Positions 40,048 to 48,193 of a stretch of DNA of 64,000 nucleotides are shown here, piece by piece. This stretch comes from Truepera sp. (GTDB lineage Bacteria > Deinococcota > Deinococci > Deinococcales > Trueperaceae). The stretch is taken from NCBI GenBank assembly GCA_965218435.1, contig CBDCKW010000009.1, positions 320,001 to 384,000 of the forward strand, in the 5' to 3' direction. The position numbers and the translations under genes are program-made. Under the pieces are notes generated by a model. That model made no database searches and was not told the origin of the DNA. It saw only the letters and a program-made list of their open reading frames with translations. The first letter of the stretch is position 1; the number at the start of each line of letters is the position of its first letter.

Positions 40048-40356
40048 ATGGCCCAAGAAGGCTTCGATACCCTGATGGCTTTAACCGAGTCGCGTTACCG
40101 GCTTTCGATGGTGACCGCGCGCCGCGCCGCGCAGCTCAAGCTTGGGATTCCGACGGTTTTACCCAAAGACGAAACCCCGCACACCTGCAACACCGTGACG
40201 ATTGCGATGAAAGAGCTCGAGGAGGGTGCGGGCGTCCGCTGGGGCGACGACCTCCCGAGTACCGACGAACTTCGGACGCTTATCGAACGCGAACGCCGCG
40301 AAGAACCGAGCAGCTACAGCGTCTCACGCCGCCCCCGTGACGAGGACGACGACTAA
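40048..40356 (+). CDS. rpoZ: RNA polymerase omega subunit
   Basis: SRYRLSMVTARRAAQL, VTIAMKEL; gmk-rpoZ-coaBC synteny. Confidence 0.93.
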   Translation: MAQEGFDTLMALTESRYRLSMVTARRAAQLKLGIPTVLPKDETPHTCNTVTIAMKELEEGAGVRWGDDLPSTDELRTLIERERREEPSSYSVSRRPRDEDDD

Positions 40357-40524
40357 CCGGTCGTTGCTGAGCTCCCAAAGCTGACACAGGTCTTGCTCTT
40401 GTTGTAGAAGTCGGAAGCGCCGAGCAGTTGACGCACCACGGCATTACAGCTATCGGCCCACAAAACTGAGTGAAGTGTACGAGGTTAACCATATGGGCAG
40501 CTGGCAACAATCCTCACCCCACTT

Positions 40525-41751
40525 TTGTCTGCTGATATTCCGGTGCGGTTAATCGTCGCCGCGTCAGGGGGCGTAGCCGCTCTCAAAACGCCGTCTCTTT
40601 TACGGCGGCTTGCGGAAGCCGGTCACGAAGTGCGCGCCGCTGCCACCGACGACGCGCTGCACTTTGTCACCAAGCTCTCGCTCGCGGTTGCAGCGGGCGC
40701 TGAGGTTTTCGACCGCGCCGCTTGGTTTACGCCGGACGGTGAAGCTCGTCACATCTCGTGGGCACGTTGGGCTGACGCGCTTGTAGTCGCCCCGGCAACC
40801 GCCGACGCGCTCGCCAGCGCCGCGACCGGCCGCGCCGACGACGTGGTTTCGGCGCTCATTTTGGCAGGTGTTCCGCAGGTCGTTTGGGTTCCGGCGATGA
40901 ACACGGCGATGTGGCAGCATCCACTTGTAAAACGCAACCTCGAGACCTTAAAAGCCATTGGTCATCACCTTGTCGAGCCTGCGACCGGTGCGCTGGCGGC
41001 CCAGGGTGAAGGCACAGGCGTCGGGCGGCTGCCTGAACCTGAAACCATCGTGTCGCTTCTTCCCGGACTGCTCGGCCCGCACGACCTGAAGGGTCGCCGG
41101 GTGCTCGTATCAGCGGGGCCGACCCGTGAATACCTCGACCCGGTGCGTTACCTGTCGAATCCGTCGTCCGGCAAGATGGGGTACGCGGTTGCGGCGGCGG
41201 CGAGAGACCGGGGCGCGGAGGTGACGCTGGTCAGTGGCCCGGTTTCGCTGCCTGAGCCGCACGGTCTCAAGCTCGTCCGGGTTGAAAGTGCCGAAGAGAT
41301 GTTAAGGGCGCTTACTGCTCACTTTGACACCTGCGACGTGCTGATTATGAGCGCCGCCGTCGCCGATTGGCGAGCTGCTAAAGTCAAGACCGAAAAAGAA
41401 CCCAAAACCGGCGCAGCGCAAGAGCTTCAGCTCATCCGTACGCCTGACATTCTGAGTGCTCTAGCTCTCCAAAAACACCGACAGATCATGGTCGGGTTTG
41501 CGATGGAAACGCATCAAGGGGTCGAGCGGGCGGCGGACAAAGCGCGGCGCAAAGGGCTTACGTTCATCTGTCTCAACTACCCGACGCGCGCGGGGTCGGC
41601 GTTTGGCGGCGACGACAATCAGGTCACGTTTGTGACGCCGCAAGGTAACGCTGACGAACTGCCCCGTATGAGTAAACGGGCGGTGGCTGAAGAGATTTTA
41701 GACCGGGTGGTGGGGGTGCTGGGGCCTGCTGACTTCTCTCAAATGCTTTGA
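40525..41751 (+). CDS. coaBC: Bifunctional PPC decarboxylase/PPC synthetase
   Basis: SGGVAA.K, APATAD, PAMN..M, SAGPTREYLDPVRYLSNPSSGKMG, AAVADW, VGFAME. Confidence 0.97.
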   Translation: MSADIPVRLIVAASGGVAALKTPSLLRRLAEAGHEVRAAATDDALHFVTKLSLAVAAGAEVFDRAAWFTPDGEARHISWARWADALVVAPATADALASAATGRADDVVSALILAGVPQVVWVPAMNTAMWQHPLVKRNLETLKAIGHHLVEPATGALAAQGEGTGVGRLPEPETIVSLLPGLLGPHDLKGRRVLVSAGPTREYLDPVRYLSNPSSGKMGYAVAAAARDRGAEVTLVSGPVSLPEPHGLKLVRVESAEEMLRALTAHFDTCDVLIMSAAVADWRAAKVKTEKEPKTGAAQELQLIRTPDILSALALQKHRQIMVGFAMETHQGVERAADKARRKGLTFICLNYPTRAGSAFGGDDNQVTFVTPQGNADELPRMSKRAVAEEILDRVVGVLGPADFSQML

Positions 41752-42305
41752 CTGTCCCAGCCCGCTAGTTCAAGCTATGCCCTTTAGGGCAAGACTTTAG
41801 TTGCTACTCATCTCTAAAGAGGTGACCGCGTTGAAAAACAAAGTAGTTCCATTATGTCGTCACCCACCGACGATAGAACCAACCTGTGCCGCGAGGTGCG
41901 AGAAGAAAAGGGCGCTATTCGAGCATGAGTCGGGACTTTAGTCCAACTCAAACCTATGTACTTTCAGTGCATAGGTTGTTTAGTTCAAAGCAAATCGCAT
42001 CATGACGACACTGCTTAACTACAGCTGCCGGTTGCTCTGCTTGCCGGTTACGCCTGCTGTTTAACCTCCTTCGAGCAGGGAACAGGACTTAAAAATGGTG
42101 CTCGAGCGCCTGTCAGCCGGACCTTTTTACCCCATTTTTAGCCCGAACTTCTCCCACTAAAAACGCGATAAACCCACTGGCGACCAGTTCGTAAAGCGAA
42201 CGTTGTATTGCGTTACAGTAAGCGGTTTATGAGCGGCCCTATGCTCGGAGTGTTCGAGCGTTCGGCAGGCCGAACGCAAACTCAGCGGACCTTCTGGGGG
42301 CAGTT

Positions 42306-43148
42306 ATGAATTTTGCCAACACCTTCGTACCGGTAGCAGCCAACGTCGGACTATTGCCGATGATTACTTACTACATTCTCTTCGCGTCGCAGTTCGCGTT
42401 TCTCGGCGGTTTTATCTGGTTTGTGATGAACCGAGACCGCGTCGTGCCGCAGCACCGCGACTCGCTCGTCTTTTCTGCAATTATCGTCGGGGTCGCCGGC
42501 ATATCGTACTTTTTTATCCGCGACTTGTACCTCAGTATGCTCACGCAGCTTTCTAGCACTGCGGCTCCCGCAGCGCAGGCCAGACTAATTCAGGATTCGT
42601 TTTTGGCTATCGGTCAGTTTCGTTATATTGACTGGCTCATCACCACGCCCTTGCTGCTGCTTAAAACGGTCATGTCCCTGCGGATCAAACCTGCCAGGGC
42701 CGCCGGTGCGATTACGCTCCTACTGCTTGCCGACGTCTTTATGATCGTTACCGGGTACATCGGTGAACAGCAGTTTACGGCGAACGGCGCGGTTCAAGCA
42801 GGCCCGCTCTACTTCTGGGGTTTTATCTCGACAATCGGCTACGTGATCATCCCGCTTACCCTTTACGGCCTCTACCGCCGGTTTCAAGCCGACGCTCAAT
42901 CTGAAGAGCGCACCGCCTTTAAGATTTTGGCCTTTGCGACCGTGACCACTTGGGGCGTTTACCCGATCGGGTACATGTTGCCTGTTTTGGCCCCCGGACT
43001 ATCGCTCAACTGGGTGCATATCGCGTTTACGGTGTTCGACGTGATCAACAAAGTCGGGGCTGGCGTCGTGATGTACATCGCAGCGGCGCGGCTGACCGAA
43101 CGGCGGGTACCCGAAGATCGGATGGCGGGAGAACGTTCACTCGCTTAA
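42306..43148 (+). CDS. Microbial (type-1) rhodopsin, DTK motif
   Basis: 7 TM; helix C RYIDWLITTPLLLLK, helix F WGVYPIGY, helix G DVINKVG with Schiff-base Lys249. Confidence 0.95.
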   Translation: MNFANTFVPVAANVGLLPMITYYILFASQFAFLGGFIWFVMNRDRVVPQHRDSLVFSAIIVGVAGISYFFIRDLYLSMLTQLSSTAAPAAQARLIQDSFLAIGQFRYIDWLITTPLLLLKTVMSLRIKPARAAGAITLLLLADVFMIVTGYIGEQQFTANGAVQAGPLYFWGFISTIGYVIIPLTLYGLYRRFQADAQSEERTAFKILAFATVTTWGVYPIGYMLPVLAPGLSLNWVHIAFTVFDVINKVGAGVVMYIAAARLTERRVPEDRMAGERSLA

Positions 43149-43280
43149 CTAGCTGCCGTAAATAGCATTTTCATAAGAGGTTGCCACAAGTATCATCGCA
43201 GAATGTGCGTGCTGGTTAGCTAAGCTTAGATTGAGAGCGTTGCCGACCAGAGGATACCTGCTAAAAAATACCGTAAGAAC

Positions 43281-43307
43281 GAGGGCTGACGCTAAGTCAG
43301 CTCTTTT
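43281..43307 (+). terminator. Intrinsic terminator after the rhodopsin gene
   Basis: GAGGGCTGAC-GCTAA-GTCAGCTCTTTT. Confidence 0.7.
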
Positions 43308-43340
43308 ACTTTGAGACGCCTGCTTGGGCTGTTTATACCC

Positions 43341-43937
43341 TTAAGGAAGCACCTTGGCTGCAGCCTCGATAGTTTCCTCCAACTGTCCCAACGCGACCTT
43401 GACCGCGAGTTCAGGTCTCGGCGTTAAAGATGCTAAAAACGCCTCGTCTGCGTGGCCGATCCCGATAGCGATTACCGTAATGCCCTGCGCTCTCGCTAGG
43501 CGGGCGGCGTCTAACGTCGCCGCGCGGCTGTTCGGCATTCCGTCGGTGACGAGCAGTATCACCTTGTCGCCGCGCCGCCTTCGGAGTTGCCGAGTGCCGA
43601 GCCTAAGCGCCTGAGCCATCGCGGTGCGGCCGTAGGGCTCGAGCGTCCCGAGCTGCTTCTGAAACTGCGCCGCGTCGCACGTCGCACCCAACAAAAGCTG
43701 AGCGCGGTGCGCGAAACCGACAATCCCCACGGCGTACTCGCGTTGACGCGCCTCGGTAAATAACCGCAGCGCCCCGCGCGTCAGCTGCGCCATCTTGCCC
43801 GGGTCCGCCATGCTCGCCGAGTGATCCAAAAGCAAGTAGACGGTGCCGCGCACCGGTGATTGCCGGACGAGACCACCGAGCGTCTTCGGCACCAGATTTT
43901 TTGACACCGAGTTTTTTGACACCGAGCTTTTTGACAC
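43341..43937 (-). CDS. Stand-alone von Willebrand factor A domain protein (start uncertain)
   Basis: MIDAS DHSASM, GRTAM, VTDGMPN, IAIGIG. Confidence 0.88.
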   Translation of the reverse strand: MSKSSVSKNSVSKNLVPKTLGGLVRQSPVRGTVYLLLDHSASMADPGKMAQLTRGALRLFTEARQREYAVGIVGFAHRAQLLLGATCDAAQFQKQLGTLEPYGRTAMAQALRLGTRQLRRRRGDKVILLVTDGMPNSRAATLDAARLARAQGITVIAIGIGHADEAFLASLTPRPELAVKVALGQLEETIEAAAKVLP

Positions 43938-43947
43938 CGAGCTTTTA
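43888..43947. repeat. 15-bp x4 tandem repeat at the vWA gene 5' end
   Basis: GACACCGAG(T/C)TTTTT units; encodes KSSVS/KNSVS/KNLVP. Confidence 0.9.
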
Positions 43948-44229
43948 GGTGCGGACGTTGCTGATACGCCGCGTTCCAGGTCGCTACTGACCTCTAATTC
44001 GGTACGTTCGTCTTTTATACGCCACTTTACCGCAGCCCTAGGGGAGAAGTTAGCGAGCTGGCTTCACTGTTTTCAGGTATTAAGCAGCATTTTCAAAAGA
44101 GAGTGACACCGTTACCATCGTGAAATATGTGCTAGGCAGTGAAAGCTATATGAAGAGCGTTCCCGACCAGCTGACGTGCCTGCTTGTGCCCTACGCGGGT
44201 ATGCCCCCAGGGTATACCCGCTAAAGGTA

Positions 44230-44787
44230 TCAAAAATAGTAGTTTGCGCCGAGCGTCAGCTTGGGGGCGGGGGTTACTTCAACAGGAAATACCCTAAAGT
44301 AAGGGCCGACGAGTCCGAAAGCAGGGAGTGAGACGTCTAGCTCGAGCAGCAGCCCAAAGTTGCCCAAACGGGCCTCGAGGCCGCCCACCCCGCCTACGTC
44401 GAGCAGATATGAGGTAAAAGGGCCGTCGAACGAGTAGGCATAGTAGTAGATATCGGACCGAACGAGAAAGCGGGGGCCAAGGCCACCGTAGGCGATTAAC
44501 GCGAGACCCCGTTCCGGGTTCGGGTCGTAAGTATAAGCGAGCGCGTCGGCGCTCAGTTCAGCGGCGAAACCTGTAGTATTGTAAGGGTCAGCGTTAAAGT
44601 ACGAGATGCTAAAGCGGGCGTCGGTACCGGGAGCCAGCAGGTTTTGCTGACCATAGCTGAGCGTTAGCCCCGAGCCGCTAAACCGGGTCGCTGCGCCGAC
44701 GCCAGCCCACTGTTTAGAGCTGGTTTCATTTTGAGCAAAAGCAGGAACCGTAAAGCAAATGAGCACGAGAGCAAGGTAGATTTTCAT
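44230..44787 (-). CDS. Probable small outer-membrane beta-barrel protein
   Basis: Signal peptide AFA-Q, amphipathic strands, C-terminal LTLGANYYF beta-signal. Confidence 0.7.
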   Translation of the reverse strand: MKIYLALVLICFTVPAFAQNETSSKQWAGVGAATRFSGSGLTLSYGQQNLLAPGTDARFSISYFNADPYNTTGFAAELSADALAYTYDPNPERGLALIAYGGLGPRFLVRSDIYYYAYSFDGPFTSYLLDVGGVGGLEARLGNFGLLLELDVSLPAFGLVGPYFRVFPVEVTPAPKLTLGANYYF

Positions 44788-44847
44788 GCCGTTACTATAA
44801 GCGCAGCAGCGTTGTACCTGAGTCTTAGATTAAAAAATGCTGAAGAC

Positions 44848-44876
44848 TTGTTAAGGCGGGCTTCTCAAGGTAAACT
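44848..44876 (+). promoter_or_regulatory. sigma70-like promoter of the cold-shock gene
   Basis: TTGTTA-N17-TAAACT about 100 nt upstream of AGGAGG/ATG. Confidence 0.6.
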
Positions 44877-44980
44877 TAGGTTCTGCAGAGGTAGAGCTTT
44901 TGCAGCTCGAGGTCGTCTCGAGACAGTTTTTGCTGAGGGCTTACCAGCTTGGTAAGTTTTCAGGAGGAAGATAGGTTAAC

Positions 44981-45217
44981 ATGGCAACAGGCAAGGTCAA
45001 ATGGTTTAGCAACGAAAAAGGCTTCGGCTTTATCGAACAAGACGACGGTGGCGCAGATGTATTTTGTCACTTTTCCGCCATCAGCGGCAGCGGTTACCGC
45101 AGCCTTAACGAAGGTGATGAGGTCGAGTTCGAGGTCGAACAGGGCCAAAAAGGGTTGCAGGCCAAAAACGTCGAGGTGACAAACCCCGCACCCGTGCAGG
45201 AACGCGCCCGCTACTAA
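44981..45217 (+). CDS. Cold-shock protein (CspA family)
   Basis: GKVKWF, KGFGFI (RNP1), DVFCHFSAI (RNP2). Confidence 0.97.
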   Translation: MATGKVKWFSNEKGFGFIEQDDGGADVFCHFSAISGSGYRSLNEGDEVEFEVEQGQKGLQAKNVEVTNPAPVQERARY

Positions 45218-45261
45218 CAGGTCTTAGCACGATAGGTTCTAGCACGACAAGTCTTAACACG
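45217..45261. repeat. 15-bp x3 degenerate tandem repeat after the csp stop codon
   Basis: ACAGGTCTTAGCACG / ATAGGTTCTAGCACG / ACAAGTCTTAACACG. Confidence 0.8.
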
Positions 45262-45263
45262 CT

Positions 45264-45293
45264 GAGCGCCTACCTCATAAGGTAGGCGCTTTA
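45264..45293. terminator. Terminator hairpin between convergent genes
   Basis: AGCGCCTACCT-CATA-AGGTAGGCGCT-TT. Confidence 0.8.
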
Positions 45294-45296
45294 TCT

Positions 45297-45728
45297 TTAC
45301 GTGCGGCGAACCGCCGTTTTTAATCTACCCAAAAGATGGGTCCAATCGTCCAGCTGAGCTTGCCGCTCACGTCCCGCTTTACCTACGGTGTAAGGTCCTT
45401 GGGTTACCGTCAGCAAAGTATCCGCGTCTCGGCGTTCAAAGTCAACGACAACGCGCTGCTCTCTGTCCGTTTCATGCTCCCAGCGCCAGCTAAATGCCAA
45501 CCGTCTGCCGGGTTCTACGTCTGAAAACGTTCCGGTAAGGATGTGACCTGCTGCAAACTCGTAACAGTAGCGTCCCCCTGGAACCGGGTCTACTGTGACT
45601 TCGTTCGGCCACCACGTTTTGAGCTTTTCCGGTTCTATCCAGTAGCTAAAAAGCTCACCCGGCGTGACATCTCTAAACGTGTCCCAGACGCGGAGGCGTC
45701 CGTCGGAAGTCTGTACGGAGTCGAGCAT
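45297..45728 (-). CDS. SRPBCC/AHSA1-like protein
   Basis: WIEPEKLKTWW, GGRY, GTFSDVEPGRRLAFSWRW, C-terminal helix W..LL..L. Confidence 0.88.
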   Translation of the reverse strand: MLDSVQTSDGRLRVWDTFRDVTPGELFSYWIEPEKLKTWWPNEVTVDPVPGGRYCYEFAAGHILTGTFSDVEPGRRLAFSWRWEHETDREQRVVVDFERRDADTLLTVTQGPYTVGKAGRERQAQLDDWTHLLGRLKTAVRRT

Positions 45729-45742
45729 CAGCGACTCACCGG

Positions 45743-46975
45743 TTAGTTGGCAGCCCGCGCGGTAGACACGGCTTTAGTTTCTGTGGCAGGCGCAAAACGG
45801 TAGAGTGTGCCGCTAAAGTCGGCCACGTAAAGCTCGCCGGACTCGTCTTCACCGAAGGCTACGACGTTAAAACCACTGTCTAGTAAGGTGGTGCTCTGAT
45901 AGCTGCCGCCACCCTGCGCCGCTGCGCTCCAGATCGTGCCACTGGAAAAGTCGCCGTAAACATAACGGCCCCCAAGCGCCGGAACCGCCTCGCCACGGTA
46001 CACGTAACCGCCGGTGATGGACTGACCTTCGCTGTGAGAATACTCGAGCACCGGTTTCACTAAACCTTGCTCAGCGCACGTCCCTAAAGGTGAAGTCGGA
46101 GCAGCGTCGTTATAGCAGCTGTCGGCCTCCATAATATTCCAGCCGTAATCTTCGCCGCCTTTGCTATCTGCAGGCTGATAATCAACCTCTTCAAAGGCGT
46201 TTTGACCTACGTCAGCAATCCACAAGTCGCCGGTCTCACGGTCGAACGAAAAACGCCACGGGTTACGCAGCCCGTACGCCCACACTTCAGGCCGAGCGTC
46301 ACCGGAGCCGACAAACGGATTGTCCGCCGGAATCCCGTAAGGCTCGCCGCTGGGGGCGCTGTCCACATCAATACGGAGCAGCTTGCCGAGCAGCGCGTCT
46401 TTATTCTGGCCGTTACCCTGGGGGTCGCCGCCCGCGCCGCCGTCGCCGGTCCCGATATAGAGGTAACCGTCCGGCCCGAATACGAGGTTGCCGCCGTTAT
46501 GGTTGCTGTAGGGTTGGGGGATAGTCAGCAAGACTTTTTCAGAAGCCGGGTCAGCGACGTTGGGGTCGCTCGAGACTGCAAACTCAGCAATAATGGTCGC
46601 GCCGTCTTGCCGGGTGTAATTGACGAAAAAGCGACCGTTTTGGGCGTAGTCAGGGTGAAAGGCGACGCCTAAAAGCCCTCTCTCGCTATCTGTCGAGACG
46701 GCGCTCGTCAGGTCTAAAAAAGGTTTGTTTAGGACGCTGCCGTCCTTGACGATCTTGAGCAAACCGGTTTTTTGGGTGATAAAAAGCCGCCCCGAACCGT
46801 CTTCGGCGCTGACGACTGAAGTGGGCTGGGTTAAACCGGAAACGACGGGCTCGAGCCTTACCTCAGCGGTGCCCGGACTTGTAACGGGTGTGCTTGCGTC
46901 AGCTTGGGGACTACCGCAAGCTGCGAGGGTAAAGACTAAGGGAAGCAGCGCGTGCTGCCAAGATAAACGAACCAC
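45743..46975 (-). CDS. PQQ-dependent sugar dehydrogenase (GSDH family) lipoprotein
   Basis: Lipobox LAAC after GTG 46975 with GGAGG RBS; ERGLLG.AFHP, NHNGG, GDGG, GLRNPWR, DVGQ. Confidence 0.93.
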   Translation of the reverse strand: MVRLSWQHALLPLVFTLAACGSPQADASTPVTSPGTAEVRLEPVVSGLTQPTSVVSAEDGSGRLFITQKTGLLKIVKDGSVLNKPFLDLTSAVSTDSERGLLGVAFHPDYAQNGRFFVNYTRQDGATIIAEFAVSSDPNVADPASEKVLLTIPQPYSNHNGGNLVFGPDGYLYIGTGDGGAGGDPQGNGQNKDALLGKLLRIDVDSAPSGEPYGIPADNPFVGSGDARPEVWAYGLRNPWRFSFDRETGDLWIADVGQNAFEEVDYQPADSKGGEDYGWNIMEADSCYNDAAPTSPLGTCAEQGLVKPVLEYSHSEGQSITGGYVYRGEAVPALGGRYVYGDFSSGTIWSAAAQGGGSYQSTTLLDSGFNVVAFGEDESGELYVADFSGTLYRFAPATETKAVSTARAAN

Positions 46976-47054
46976 GGTGTAACCTCCACCTTTACGGTAG
47001 CAGTTACAGGCTGAAAAAGCTGTGTAGCAGCTTAGATTTGGACGCCGGCCAATC

Positions 47055-48140
47055 TTAGACGAACTGCCCGTTTTCTTGAAAGGTCTCGCCGTCAAGTGTT
47101 ATCACGCCGCCTTGCCGCAGATCACAGATCAAATCCCAGTGAATCGCCGAAGCGTTCGTCCCGCCTGTCTCCCGGTACGACTGCCCGAGCGCGAGGTGCA
47201 CGGTGCCGCCGATTTTCTCGTCGAACAAGATGCTTTTAGTTGGGCGCTGAATATTGAAGTTCGTGCCGATACCGAGTTCGCCTAAGAACCTTGCGCCGGG
47301 GTCGGTTTCTAATTGCGCTTGTAAGAGATCATCGCCTTCGTCAGCGTGGGCCGACACAACCTTGCCCTCTTTGAACGTCAGCTCGACGCCACTGACCAGT
47401 GTTCCCTGAACGGCGCTCGGAATATCAAAGCGGATGGTGCCTTCGGCGCTGGTCTCGAGCGGTCCTGTAAACACCTCACCCGAGGGCATGTTGCGGTGGC
47501 CGTCCGAATTGACCCAGGTGCGTCTACCGACGTTGAGCGTCACGTCGGTACCGTCAGCTTGAATGCGCACTTCATGGGCTTGTGAGAGCCGTTCAATCAG
47601 TCCGGCTTGCAGCTCGTGCAGCTTTTTCCACTCAGCTACCGGGTCGGGTTCAAACAAAAACATCGCGCCGTAAACGAAGCGTTCGTACTCGTCTAAGCTC
47701 ATGTCGGCGTCTTGGGCACCCGCGTAGGTCGGATAGAGCGTCCCGCACCATTTGGTCTCTTGAACGCGAATATCGGACACGCGCCGCAACCGTTTTTGCA
47801 GCCGTCCAAGTTTGGACTTGTCCGCCCCTTGCAGCGTGCGGGTATTGCTCGGCGCGCCGACGCGAATCCAGGCAGCGGCCTGTTTGATTTCGGAGAGCTC
47901 GAGCCCCGCTTCAGACTCCAGATAAGCGTCCGTAGCAAGCTCTAAAATATCGGCTGTGAGTTCTGGATAGCCTACGCGCAAATGCGGAATCCCGCCTGCT
48001 CGGAGGACTTCGCGGGTCAGCGCCCTAGCTAGCGGTAGCGCCGGACTTTCAATGTTTAAGAGCACATTCTCACCAGGCTGCACGTCCGTGCAGTAACCGA
48101 CTAAAAGCTGAGCGTAGCGTTCATGAAGAGGATAGATCAT
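47055..48140 (-). CDS. Aminopeptidase, M29 family (AmpT/AmpS-like)
   Basis: NMPSGEVFT, LGELGIG, LFDEKIGGTVHLALG, SAIHWD. Confidence 0.95.
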   Translation of the reverse strand: MIYPLHERYAQLLVGYCTDVQPGENVLLNIESPALPLARALTREVLRAGGIPHLRVGYPELTADILELATDAYLESEAGLELSEIKQAAAWIRVGAPSNTRTLQGADKSKLGRLQKRLRRVSDIRVQETKWCGTLYPTYAGAQDADMSLDEYERFVYGAMFLFEPDPVAEWKKLHELQAGLIERLSQAHEVRIQADGTDVTLNVGRRTWVNSDGHRNMPSGEVFTGPLETSAEGTIRFDIPSAVQGTLVSGVELTFKEGKVVSAHADEGDDLLQAQLETDPGARFLGELGIGTNFNIQRPTKSILFDEKIGGTVHLALGQSYRETGGTNASAIHWDLICDLRQGGVITLDGETFQENGQFV

Positions 48141-48193
48141 CCTCCCAAGCTAGCACGCGCCGACGCTCAAACTTTCCGGGTAGACTTGCCTCA

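Noticed and set aside
42306..43148. Rhodopsin as heliorhodopsin, sensory rhodopsin, xenorhodopsin or Na+/Cl- pump
   Set aside because: It has type-1 motifs with DxxxK retained, no transducer gene, and DTK rather than NDQ/NTQ/TSA/DTA.
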